NCBI GenBank assembly: GCA_964389135.1
Contig: CAYMDA010000020.1
Location: 13,484 to 77,483, forward strand
Direction of reading: 5' to 3'
From: an uncultured Verrucomicrobiota bacterium
GTDB taxonomy: Bacteria > Verrucomicrobiota > Verrucomicrobiia > Limisphaerales > CAIMTB01
Length of the DNA stretch: 64,000 bases
Part shown: positions 8,699-17,108 of the stretch, piece after piece
How positions within the stretch are numbered: the stretch's first letter is position 1
Layout of the letters: every line of letters begins with the position of its first letter
Position numbers and translations under genes: made by a program
The notes under the pieces: generated by a model
The model's database searches: none
Seen by the model: the letters and a program-made list of their open reading frames with translations, nothing else
Told to the model about the DNA's origin: nothing

Positions 8699-9175
8699 TC
8701 AGCGAGGTTCGACCGGAGCCGGGGCGACCGACTGGATCCAGCCGAAGTCGGCGCCGGCGGCATTCTGGAGCATCGCCGGAGCGACGTGATAGATCGCGCC
8801 GGAGGGGACGTTCACGGGCGGGTGAAAGGCGGCTTCCGTGGGGGAGGCGTTCACCATGCTGTCGAGGGAGGCGCCGACGAACATGGGGTGATCCGCCTCG
8901 CGGTCGGTGGCCACCTCCAGGACGCTGATGCCGAAGAGCAGGGCGCCGACGCCGAGGGCGGCGTAGGAGCCTGCGACCATGGGATGCTGGATGATGTCGT
9001 TCCAGATGCGCTGCCACCAGGGGCGTTCGGCCATCTCGGTGCTGGCGCGGATGTTGATGAGGATCCGATGGGGGAGCCGATCGAAGAAACCCGGGGGCGG
9101 CGTCTCGTGGCGCTTGAGGGCGAGGAGCCGAAGCAGCCGCTGTTCGGATTCGTCAGAGTTCGGAACCATCGTCAT
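8699..9175 (-). CDS. Putative anti-sigma factor (single-pass membrane protein)
   Basis: The start overlaps the stop of the ECF sigma gene (ATGA at 9172-9175). One TM helix (MVAGSYAALGVGALLFGISVL). No zinc-binding anti-sigma motif, so the call rests on position only. Confidence 0.45.
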   Translation of the reverse strand: MTMVPNSDESEQRLLRLLALKRHETPPPGFFDRLPHRILINIRASTEMAERPWWQRIWNDIIQHPMVAGSYAALGVGALLFGISVLEVATDREADHPMFVGASLDSMVNASPTEAAFHPPVNVPSGAIYHVAPAMLQNAAGADFGWIQSVAPAPVEPR

Positions 9176-9801
9176 TTCAGGTAATCGGAGAGGTGCGCCT
9201 GCAGTTGCTGTCTGGCGTAGAAGAGGCGGGAGCGTACGGTGCCGGGGTTGCAGTCCATGATGGTCGCGATCTCCTCATGGGGCATGCCTTGGATGTCGTG
9301 AAGGATGACGACCATTCTGTGAATTTCGGACAGCTTGAGCAGGGCGTTGTTCAACCTTTGCTGAAGCTCGATCAGGTCGACCTCGCGGCGGGGAGTCCGT
9401 TCCGAGGTGAGCGCGACGATGTCGGGGTCATGCTCGGCGTTGAAGTCGAGGTCGTTGAGGCTGAGGTGGTGCGTGCGGTTGCGGCGCTGCTTGAGGAAGT
9501 TGAGGGTCCGGTTGACCGCGATCCGGTAGATCCAGGTGAAGAAGCTGCAGTCGCCCTTGAATCCCCGGAGTGCGTTGTGCGCCTTGATGAACGTTTCCTG
9601 GGTCAGATCGGCCGCGTCCTCATGGCTGGCCGTCATGTGGTAGATCGTGCTGTACAGGCGTTCCTGGTGTCGCCGCACGAGGAGGTCGTACGCGTCGAGG
9701 TCGCCGCCCTGCGCGCGGCGCACGAGGGCCGCGTCGTCCGCGGCTTGGGCGGCGGCAGGCGATTCGACGCGCTGCCGGTCTTCGGTGACGGACGACCTCA
9801 T
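9172..9801 (-). CDS. ECF-type RNA polymerase sigma-70 family factor
   Basis: Region 2: ...LVRRHQERLYSTIYHMTASHEDAADLTQETFIKAHNAL..FFTWIYRIAVNRTLNFL. Region 4: MPHEEIATIMDCNPGTVRSRLFYARQQL. The ATG at 9801 overlaps the upstream polyprenyl synthase stop (ATGA at 9798-9801), which favours this start over 9843. Confidence 0.9.
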   Translation of the reverse strand: MRSSVTEDRQRVESPAAAQAADDAALVRRAQGGDLDAYDLLVRRHQERLYSTIYHMTASHEDAADLTQETFIKAHNALRGFKGDCSFFTWIYRIAVNRTLNFLKQRRNRTHHLSLNDLDFNAEHDPDIVALTSERTPRREVDLIELQQRLNNALLKLSEIHRMVVILHDIQGMPHEEIATIMDCNPGTVRSRLFYARQQLQAHLSDYLK

Positions 9802-10892
9802 GACGCGGGGTGATGGTTCAGCGGGAGGGCAAGTCGGGAGCATTGCGCGCCAAGGTAGCGGGTGAGATCGCGCAGGCCCGACGTTTCGCCGGAACCGTTG
9901 AGGGGCTCGAGGGCCTCGCGCGCGCCTTCGAGGTGGGATTCCACGAACTCGCGGCAGCGGGCGGCGGCTTCCGTGCGGGCGAGCACGGGGCGGGCGCCGG
10001 CGGCGGCCTCGCGGTCCGGGCTGTCGATCATGCCCTCGAGGAGGCGGCGTTCGGCCGCGGAGGCATGCTGGTGCGCGAGCAGGAGGGGCAGGGTGGGCTT
10101 GCCGTTGGCGAGGTCGGTGCCGAGGGTCTTGCCGGCGAGCCGTTCGTCGCCGAAGACGTCGAGGCAGTCATCGAAAAGCTGGTAGGCGGTGCCGAAGCGC
10201 ATGCCGAAGCGGCGCAGGGCGGCGCGGCACGCGGGTGAGGCGGAGGCGAGCAGCGCTCCCAGCTCGCAGGAGAGCGCGAACAGCTCGGCCGTCTTGAGCT
10301 CGATGATGCGGAAATAGTTCTCGAGGGGCTGGTCGAGGCGGCCCCTTCCGAGGGTCTGGAGGATTTCGCCGGAGCAGACGGCCTTGGTGGCGCCGGCGAC
10401 GATGCGGCAGACCTCGGTCGTGGGGAAGCCGGCGGCCAGCTTCAGGGCGTGGGCGAAGAGGGCGTCGCCGAGGAGCACGGCGGTCTGGTTGCCGAACTGG
10501 CTGGCAACGGTCGGACGCTGGCGGCGGGTGCTGGCGGCGTCGATGACATCGTCGTGGACAAGCGTCGCGATGTGGACGAGCTCGACGATCGCGGCCGCGC
10601 TGACGTGCTGGGAATTGAGCTCGCCCACGGCCCGGGCGCTGAGTGCGACCAGCACCGGGCGCAACTGCTTGCCGCCGGCGGACAGGGCGTAGCGTGCGCC
10701 TTCCGCCACTTCATCCTCGAACGTGGCCACCTGGGCCTCGAGGAACTCACGAACGCTCGCCAGGAACGGGGAGACGGGTTCCGCGATTTCCTTCCATACC
10801 ATTCCGTGGGCCTGACCATTCCAGACTTCACTGCTCCGAACGGACTGGGTTTCTGCGGCGAGCATTGCCCGGCAGTCTACTTTTTGGGGCAT
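9798..10892 (-). CDS. Polyprenyl diphosphate synthase (IspB-like, trans-prenyltransferase)
   Basis: Both Asp-rich motifs are present: LVHDDVIDAASTRR and QLFDDCLDVFGD. The start is uncertain, with in-frame ATGs at 10892, 10865 and 10802. Confidence 0.88.
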   Translation of the reverse strand: MPQKVDCRAMLAAETQSVRSSEVWNGQAHGMVWKEIAEPVSPFLASVREFLEAQVATFEDEVAEGARYALSAGGKQLRPVLVALSARAVGELNSQHVSAAAIVELVHIATLVHDDVIDAASTRRQRPTVASQFGNQTAVLLGDALFAHALKLAAGFPTTEVCRIVAGATKAVCSGEILQTLGRGRLDQPLENYFRIIELKTAELFALSCELGALLASASPACRAALRRFGMRFGTAYQLFDDCLDVFGDERLAGKTLGTDLANGKPTLPLLLAHQHASAAERRLLEGMIDSPDREAAAGARPVLARTEAAARCREFVESHLEGAREALEPLNGSGETSGLRDLTRYLGAQCSRLALPLNHHPAS

Positions 10893-11053
10893 TTCAAGTC
10901 AAACCGTTGAGCCGCGCCCGCTTTGCGCGATGCGTGGCGTGCGGCCGGGGCGCATCGGGGCGCCGCGGAGGCCGTGATCGATGCGGGGGTGTGTGCAGGC
11001 AGAATTGCGGTTGCGCCCGCGGGCGGGCGCGCGAAGCTTCGCTCGTGCAGAAC

Positions 11054-12193
11054 GTGAGACTTCGCGCACGAGCCCTGTGGGGCGCCGTGGTGATCGCGTT
11101 GATGGGTCTGTCGGCGGGAGCATCGAATCCCGAGCCGGCGGATGCTCCGCCGGACGCGGGGAAGAGTCGCGCGACCATCGGATGGGAACAACTCGAATCC
11201 ACGGAATACCGGGAGTATCTCGACCGCCTGCGCGCGGCCGGATGCCCCGAGGAACGGATTCGCATGATCGTGAAGGCGGACGCGGACGAATGGCTGCTGC
11301 AGCAGCGGATCGCCCATGCGGTGGCCAACGACTTCGCGTGGTGGAAGGCGGAGCCGCCCTCGGCCGCGGCGGGGCTGGCGTTCACCGACCGGTACCGCGA
11401 GCTGCGGGAGCGCCGGGCGGAGCTGGTGCGCTCCCTCGTGGGGGAGGATGCCGAGCAACCGGAGGAGGACGAGGTGCCCATCGTGGTGAATCTTTCCGGG
11501 CCGGTGCTCGGCGCGCTGCCTCCCGAGAAGTACAACGCGGTCCAGGAGATCTGTGCCGGGTCGATGGACCGGCACCAGGGGTACTTCAACTCCCGCCAGA
11601 GCCAGGGCGTGTTTCTCAACCAGGGCGACATGGCCGAGATGCGCGAGGCCACGCGCGCGAGTCTCTCGGCGGTCCTGACGGAGGAGGAGCTGGAGGAGTT
11701 CCTTCTGCGTTACTCCCACAACGCGAACCGGCTGCGCATGGAGCTTTCCGGTCTCGAGCCCACCCCGGAGGAGTTCCGCAAGGTGTTCCGGGCGGTGGAC
11801 AAGCTGGAGCACCAGCTTCAGCTCGAGTACGGGGCGATCGATTCGCTGAGCTCCCGCCAGCGTGAGGAATTCGCGCGTCAGCGCGAGGAGGCGATCCGTG
11901 AGGTGCTCTCGCCCGAGCGTTATCAGCGCTACCTGATGGCGCGGTACCCCCTGTTTCGACAGGCGCTGCGGGCGGTGCGGGGGGCGGGTCTTCCCGATGA
12001 TGTCGTGGTGCCGTTCTACGAGGTCCTCAACCGGCACGAAAGCCGGCGGCGCGAGGTCCTGAACAACACCGCGCTTTCGGTCGCGGAACGGCAGAACGGG
12101 CTGCGCGCCCTCGAACAGGAAAAGGAACGGGCGCTCGAGCAGGCGCTTGGGGCGGAGGGCTACCGGCAGTACCGGGAATCGCTTGTGAACTGA
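11054..12193 (+). CDS. Hypothetical secreted helical protein (paralog A of the 12247..13668 gene)
   Basis: Proposed GTG start at 11054 gives a signal-like N-terminus (V)RLRARALWGAVVIALMGLSAGA. The first in-frame ATG would cut this signal. Shares 'W..LES.EY..YL..LR..GCPE..IR.I..AD.D' and several LT.EE / PERY blocks with the convergent neighbour. Confidence 0.6.
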   Translation: MRLRARALWGAVVIALMGLSAGASNPEPADAPPDAGKSRATIGWEQLESTEYREYLDRLRAAGCPEERIRMIVKADADEWLLQQRIAHAVANDFAWWKAEPPSAAAGLAFTDRYRELRERRAELVRSLVGEDAEQPEEDEVPIVVNLSGPVLGALPPEKYNAVQEICAGSMDRHQGYFNSRQSQGVFLNQGDMAEMREATRASLSAVLTEEELEEFLLRYSHNANRLRMELSGLEPTPEEFRKVFRAVDKLEHQLQLEYGAIDSLSSRQREEFARQREEAIREVLSPERYQRYLMARYPLFRQALRAVRGAGLPDDVVVPFYEVLNRHESRRREVLNNTALSVAERQNGLRALEQEKERALEQALGAEGYRQYRESLVN

Positions 12194-12246
12194 GGGTCCG
12201 GGGGGGGCTGCGCCGCGATGGCTCTCCGGCGCGGGGAGTCCTCCGG

Positions 12247-13668
12247 CTAGGGAGCCGGGTTGCGCACGGGCGGTTCGCGCAGGAACCGTTCGTCCAGGAT
12301 GTACGGCTCGGAGCTGAGCGCGGGCGGGAGGAGCTGCTCGGGGGGCGCGATCCGGTTGGGCGCCTGGGTGGTGAGCGGGGGGGCCGTGGCTGGAAGGGGA
12401 TCAGGTTCGGTCAGCTCCGTGATCCACGCGCCGCCTTGCCGGCGGTACGCCTCGAGGAGCGGCTGCCCGAGCACATCGACGATGGCGGCCTGGGTCTCGT
12501 CGCGGATGGCCGCGAGGGCGAGCTGTTTCTGCTCGGGGGTGAGGACGGGGTTCTCCCGGATGCGTTCCGCCTGGACGGCGACGGTCTGGCGCATATCCCA
12601 GACCTCGTTGGCGACGCTGGCGGGCATCTCGTGGTCGAGGGCGAGGCTGAAGAGCGTCTGGTAATCCGGGTCGAGGGAACGCTGGTAATCCTCGAACCGT
12701 TCGGGGCCGAGAACCTCCGCGATGCGGGATTCCAGCTCGATGGCCGCGGCTTCGAGGCGCTCGGCGGCCTGGGGATCGAGATCCGCGTTGGCCTCGATGG
12801 CGGCGCGTTCCCGGAGGTGCTCGCGTTCGAGGCGGAAGAGTTCCTCGAACTCCTCGCGGCTCGCGCTGAAGCCGCGGAGCCGTTCGCGGAGCTCCTGGGC
12901 GAGGGGGCTGGCGCGCAGTTCGTACTGATGAAGCTCCTCGGGGGTCAGGAGGCTGGCGATGCTCTCCCGGAGCGCGCGTTCGGCGGCCTCGAGCTGCCTT
13001 GCGCTTTCCGCGTCGTCGTCGATGGCGGCCGCGGCCAGCTGGGCCTTGCGCCATTCCGCCATGGCCTCCGCGAGGGCCTCGCGTTTCGCCGGGGGGAGGA
13101 ACTGAATGGAGGGGTTGCGGAGCTCCTCCGCGCGGATGGAGTCGAACTCCGCCTCCGCCGCGGCGGGCCCGAGCAGGCGCGCGATGAGCTGGGTGCGTTC
13201 CTGTTCGAGGGCGGCGAGGCTGGTGGCGAGCATGCGGTTGCGTTCGAGTTCCTCCTCGGAGGGCGTGATTTCGTCCGGATGCCGCCAGAAGGGCCAGTCT
13301 TCGGGGGGCGGCTGGAGGGCGTTGCGGCGCTCCTCGAAGAGCGCGTCGATGTCGGCGATGATGATGTCGCGGATCGTCTGCTCCGGACAACCGACGCGGC
13401 GGAGGTTCGCGATGTAGGTGGCGTAGTCCGGCGATTCGATGCTGCGCCAGTCGAGGTCGCGGACGCGGGAGCGGATTTCGACGGAGGGCAGCGGCTGGAG
13501 CCGGAGGCGCACGGGGCGATCGTTCGTGCCGGGCAGCTCCGGGGGCGGGAGTTCGGCGCGGCGCAACTGGCGCTGGGCCTCGCGCAGTTGCCGGCCCTGA
13601 TACACGGTGAGGCCGATCAGCCCGAGGATGATCCCGATTTGCGCCGCGATGATGAGGCGGAGGCGCAT
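12247..13668 (-). CDS. Hypothetical membrane-anchored helical protein (paralog B)
   Basis: Internal ATG at 13668 (MRLRLIIAAQIGIILGLIGLTVYQGRQL..., a TM anchor). The upstream part of ORF 12247..14610 is R/P-rich shadow. Motifs include LDWRSIESPDYATYIANLRRVGCPEQTIRDIIIADID and VLTPEQKQLALAAIRDE. Confidence 0.65.
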   Translation of the reverse strand: MRLRLIIAAQIGIILGLIGLTVYQGRQLREAQRQLRRAELPPPELPGTNDRPVRLRLQPLPSVEIRSRVRDLDWRSIESPDYATYIANLRRVGCPEQTIRDIIIADIDALFEERRNALQPPPEDWPFWRHPDEITPSEEELERNRMLATSLAALEQERTQLIARLLGPAAAEAEFDSIRAEELRNPSIQFLPPAKREALAEAMAEWRKAQLAAAAIDDDAESARQLEAAERALRESIASLLTPEELHQYELRASPLAQELRERLRGFSASREEFEELFRLEREHLRERAAIEANADLDPQAAERLEAAAIELESRIAEVLGPERFEDYQRSLDPDYQTLFSLALDHEMPASVANEVWDMRQTVAVQAERIRENPVLTPEQKQLALAAIRDETQAAIVDVLGQPLLEAYRRQGGAWITELTEPDPLPATAPPLTTQAPNRIAPPEQLLPPALSSEPYILDERFLREPPVRNPAP

Positions 13669-13785
13669 CGCTGAAGCAGGTTCGGGGAACTTGGTTGTGG
13701 AAGCAACCCCGTCCGTGCGCGATGCCGCGGACCGGTGGCGTGTTTGACGCGCGCGGGCCCGGGCCCGAGAGTGACGCGGTTCGAG

Positions 13786-14250
13786 ATGGACGCGCCAATC
13801 GAGATCCTGCACCTGTTCGTGTCGCCGGGGCACAATTTCTTCGGGCATCACGGACGGCCGCCGGGCACTCACGAGGTGCTGGAGGTGGACGCCGTCGAGT
13901 GTGTCGCGGGCGGGGGACTGCGCGGCGATCGATTCTTCAGCCCCGGCAAGGGGCACAAGGGCCAGGTCACCTTCTTCGCGCACGAGACCTATGAGCGCCT
14001 TCGGGAGGAGCTCGGGATCTTCGACCGGGGCCCGGGGGTGTTTCGCCGGAACATCATCACGCGCGGCGCGGACCTCGGGGCGCTGATCGGGCGCGAGTTC
14101 GAGATCCAGGGCGTCCGGTTTGCCGGGGTGGAGGAATGCAAGCCGTGTTACTGGATGAATCACGCCTTCGGTCCCGGGGCGGAGGACGCGCTGCGGGGTC
14201 GTGGCGGATTGCGCGCGCGCATCCTCACCGACGGGATCCTGAGGCGGTGA
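13786..14250 (+). CDS. MOSC domain-containing protein
   Basis: Internal ATG at 13786 (MDAPIEILHLFVSPGHNFFGHHG...). Contains ...FRRNIITRGADLGALIGREFEIQGVRFAGVEECKPCYWM..., typical of the MOSC beta-barrel with its conserved Cys. Confidence 0.8.
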   Translation: MDAPIEILHLFVSPGHNFFGHHGRPPGTHEVLEVDAVECVAGGGLRGDRFFSPGKGHKGQVTFFAHETYERLREELGIFDRGPGVFRRNIITRGADLGALIGREFEIQGVRFAGVEECKPCYWMNHAFGPGAEDALRGRGGLRARILTDGILRR

Positions 14251-14251
14251 G

Positions 14252-14848
14252 ATGCCGGGCGGGTTCACGGCCGTGATCATGGCGGGGGGCGCGTCGACGC
14301 GGATGGGCCGTGACAAGGCATGGATCGAGTGCGGCGGGCGTCCGCTGATCGCGCGGCAGGTGGAACTGGCCCGCCTTGCAGGAGCGGAGCAGGTGGTGAT
14401 CGCCGGGCGTGCGGGCGCCGAGTACCCCGGGATCCCGGGGGAGGTGGTGTTCGACCGCGAGGCGGGCCGCGGGCCCATGGCGGGGGTGGTTCGCGGGCTG
14501 GAGGCGGCGCGTCTTCCGCTGGTTCTCGTGCTCGCGGTGGACCTCGGCGCCATGACCGTGGACACCCTCCACGCCCTGAGAGCGCGTTGCGGCGACTCGC
14601 GGGGAATCATCCCGCGGGTGTGCGGAGGGCTGGAGCCGCTGGCCGCCTTCTATCCCCGCGGCGTGCTGGCCCTTGCCGGGGAGGCCCTCGCCGCGCGCCG
14701 CCTCGCGATGCGGGCATTCGCGGAGCGCTGCATCGCGCAGGGGTTTGCGGAGTGCCTTGATGTTCCCGCTGAGATGCGGGGGTGCTTCGCGAACTGGAAC
14801 ACCCCGGCGGACGTGCCGCACACGGAAGGGGGGCCGGACTCGCGGTGA
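14252..14848 (+). CDS. mobA: Molybdenum cofactor guanylyltransferase
   Basis: N-terminus AVIMAGGASTRMGRDKAWIECGGRPLI matches the MobA nucleotide-binding motif. Starts 1 nt after the MOSC gene stop. Confidence 0.85.
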   Translation: MPGGFTAVIMAGGASTRMGRDKAWIECGGRPLIARQVELARLAGAEQVVIAGRAGAEYPGIPGEVVFDREAGRGPMAGVVRGLEAARLPLVLVLAVDLGAMTVDTLHALRARCGDSRGIIPRVCGGLEPLAAFYPRGVLALAGEALAARRLAMRAFAERCIAQGFAECLDVPAEMRGCFANWNTPADVPHTEGGPDSR

Positions 14849-14867
14849 GCGGCGCGGGCGCTCCGCG

Positions 14868-16211
14868 TCAGCGGCGGCTTGCCGCGGCATGCGCGGCCGG
14901 CGGATCGATCCGATACAGGTGGGATCGTGAACGGAGGATGAGGGAATCCCCCAGCACGGCGGGAGAGGCCATGAAGCCGTCACCCAGCGTGTTCTCGGCG
15001 ACCTTCTCGAACTCGCGACCGGCCTTGATCACCGTCGTGCGGCCCTCCTCGTTGAAGAAGTAGATGTGACCGTTGGCGAGGAGCGGCGAGGCGGAGTGAT
15101 TGCCCCCGATGCGCTCGTTCCAGAGGACTTCGCCGGTCCGGGCGTCCCAGCAGGTGGCGACGCCGCCGTCCTCGATGCCGTAGAGCAATCCCTCGTGAAG
15201 GATGAGCGAGGGCTTCTTGGGTGTGCCGCGCCTGCTGCGCCACGCGAGTGCGAGCGCGGTCTGGTCTTCGGGGATCGGAGCGTTGGCGTCGAGGACCTCG
15301 CCCTTCCTGCCGGGACGGATGGCGAGCAGCTGGCCATTGGAGAAACCTGTGGGCGCGAAGATGAGCCCGAGGCCGTAGAGGGGGCGGGTGCTCGCGGAAT
15401 GGTTCTGGTGTTCCTCGACGCGCCAGAGTTCCTCGCCCGTGCGCGGGTCATAGGCGTAGAGCGCCTTGGCGCCCTGGCTGATCAGGGTGGGGACCTCATC
15501 GATCACGGCGACGTGGGGCGTGCTGAAGGCCTTGCGGTAATCGCCTTCCATCGCGGGTTTGCCCTCATCGTCGAGGTCCTTGAAATCCACGGACCGGTCG
15601 GTCTTCCAGACGGTGGCGCCGGTGTCGCGATCGAGGGCGACGACGTACTGCAGATCGCTCCCGTCGAAATTCATGATGAGCAGGTTCTCCCAGAGGATCG
15701 GAGAGGAGCCTGCGCCGCGGTAGTGATTACACTCGAGATCGCGGCGTTCCCAGAGGACCTCACCCGTGGTGGCGTCGAGGCACGCCGTGCCCGGGGAGCC
15801 GTACGTCACATAGACGCGGTTTCCGTCGAGCACCGGGGTGGGAGAGGCGTAGCTGTTGAACTTGTGGCAGAACTGCGGTTCGGCGACGTCGAAGAGTTTC
15901 TTCTCGAGCAGGACGCGGCCGGTGTCGGCGTGGACGGAGAGAATGGACAGCTGGCGGCCGTCCTCGGAGGCGGTGGCGATCCAGATGACGTCGTCGAGGA
16001 CGACGGGGGAGGCCCATCCCTTGCCGGGGATCGGCGTTTGCCAGCGCGGGCCGTCCTGCTGGGTCCAGCGGACGGGTGGCCTTGCGTCGCGGGCGATTCC
16101 GTCGCCCTGGGGGCCGCGGAACTGGGGCCATGAATCGGGGCCGGCGGGCGCGGCGAGGTGGAACGCGCCCAGGAACAAGCCGAGGGTTGCGAGGAGGCGG
16201 CGCCGGTGCAT
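14868..16211 (-). CDS. PQQ-like beta-propeller repeat protein (BamB-like fold), secreted
   Basis: Internal ATG at 16211 gives the signal peptide MHRRRLLATLGLFLGAFHLAAPAG. Repeated '..D..TG..LW..' blades follow (DATTGEVLWERR, DRDTGATVWKTD, DPRTGEELWRVE, DARTGEVLWNER). Confidence 0.8.
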   Translation of the reverse strand: MHRRRLLATLGLFLGAFHLAAPAGPDSWPQFRGPQGDGIARDARPPVRWTQQDGPRWQTPIPGKGWASPVVLDDVIWIATASEDGRQLSILSVHADTGRVLLEKKLFDVAEPQFCHKFNSYASPTPVLDGNRVYVTYGSPGTACLDATTGEVLWERRDLECNHYRGAGSSPILWENLLIMNFDGSDLQYVVALDRDTGATVWKTDRSVDFKDLDDEGKPAMEGDYRKAFSTPHVAVIDEVPTLISQGAKALYAYDPRTGEELWRVEEHQNHSASTRPLYGLGLIFAPTGFSNGQLLAIRPGRKGEVLDANAPIPEDQTALALAWRSRRGTPKKPSLILHEGLLYGIEDGGVATCWDARTGEVLWNERIGGNHSASPLLANGHIYFFNEEGRTTVIKAGREFEKVAENTLGDGFMASPAVLGDSLILRSRSHLYRIDPPAAHAAASRR

Positions 16212-16609
16212 GGCGCGGAGGATAGGCAGGGCGGACACGGGCCGCAACGCCGGCGACGGGGCGCGGACCGGGGGGACGAAGCGCGGGAAAGATGCGGGAA
16301 GGGAGGGCCGGACGGGCGGAAGATTTTCTTTCTGAAGGGTTGCTGATCGTGACGGGTGTGCTACCAGTGAAGTGTGCTCACCGCTGCGGGTCATACGATC
16401 GCGCTGCTTCCTTTCCGCGCCGGCTCCGGCGCGGACCTGAGCATTTTGTCCAACCGTTTGTCAGCCTGTCGCTCCTTTGGGGGCTAAGGTTGACCACAGG
16501 TTGATCGTAGTCCCCTGCCTTCAGTTCGAGTCTCGAGCCTGCGTTTGATTGCGGGCGGAGGCCGGAGTCAGTTCCGAAAGTTTCGTTCCCTAGCTACTGC
16601 ATATCCAAG

Positions 16610-17038
16610 GTGATGAATCCACAGATCGTAATATCCGAGACGGACGCGCGCCGGCTGCGCGTGTTGCTGAGCAGTGCGCCCAAATCAGTCGACGCATCGA
16701 GCCTCAACTGGCTGCGCGCCGAGCTGGAACGTGCGCGCGTGGTGCCTGACAACGAGGTTCCGGACGACGTCGTGACGCTCGGGTCGGTCGTGGAGATCGA
16801 GGACCTGAGCGACGGCGAGGTTGACACCTTTACGCTGGTGCTGCCCTCCGAGGCGGATGCGAGCAAGGGACGGATTTCCCTGCTCGCACCCCTCGGGATG
16901 GGGATGCTCGGCTTCCGCGAGGGCGACGAGTTCGAGTGGCCGGTTCCCAGCGGGACCGCGCGATTCAAGATTCGGCGTCTGCTCGGGCGCGCCGCGGCGG
17001 CGGAGTCCCAGCCGGTCGCGGCGGGCGTGCGGCGCTGA
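16610..17038 (+). CDS. rnk: GreA/GreB-family regulator of nucleoside diphosphate kinase (Rnk-like)
   Basis: MNPQIVISETDARRLRVLL...VVTLGSVVEIEDLSDGEVDTFTLVLPSEADASKGRISLLAPLGMGMLGFREGDEFEW fits the Rnk/GreA C-terminal domain. GTG at 16610 is immediately followed by ATG at 16613, and either may be the start. Confidence 0.85.
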   Translation: MMNPQIVISETDARRLRVLLSSAPKSVDASSLNWLRAELERARVVPDNEVPDDVVTLGSVVEIEDLSDGEVDTFTLVLPSEADASKGRISLLAPLGMGMLGFREGDEFEWPVPSGTARFKIRRLLGRAAAAESQPVAAGVRR

Positions 17039-17050
17039 TGTCATCCAACT

Positions 17051-17080
17051 GCGAACCCGCCGCGGGTGCGGCGGGTTCGC
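17051..17080. terminator. Strong hairpin between convergent rnk and yggS (possible bidirectional terminator, no U-tract)
   Basis: Perfect 13-bp stem GCGAACCCGCCGC (17051-17063) / GCGGCGGGTTCGC (17068-17080) with loop GGGT. No T-run on either side. Confidence 0.45.
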
Positions 17081-17108
17081 GCTCCGGAGAGGAAGACTCG
17101 CCGCGAGC

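Noticed and set aside
12194-12246. Possible bidirectional terminator between the convergent paralogs (GCGCCG-N11-CGGCGC).
   Set aside because: Only a 6-bp stem with an 11-nt loop and no T-run. Too weak to call.
16510-16550. GTTCGAGTC (16524-16532) in the low-GC spacer upstream of rnk, resembling a tRNA T-loop. I considered a tRNA gene or a tRNA-3'-end remnant marking an integration site.
   Set aside because: The flanking bases (TTCAG / CTCGA) do not form a T-stem. No acceptor, D or anticodon arms can be drawn, and no integrase or other island gene is nearby.
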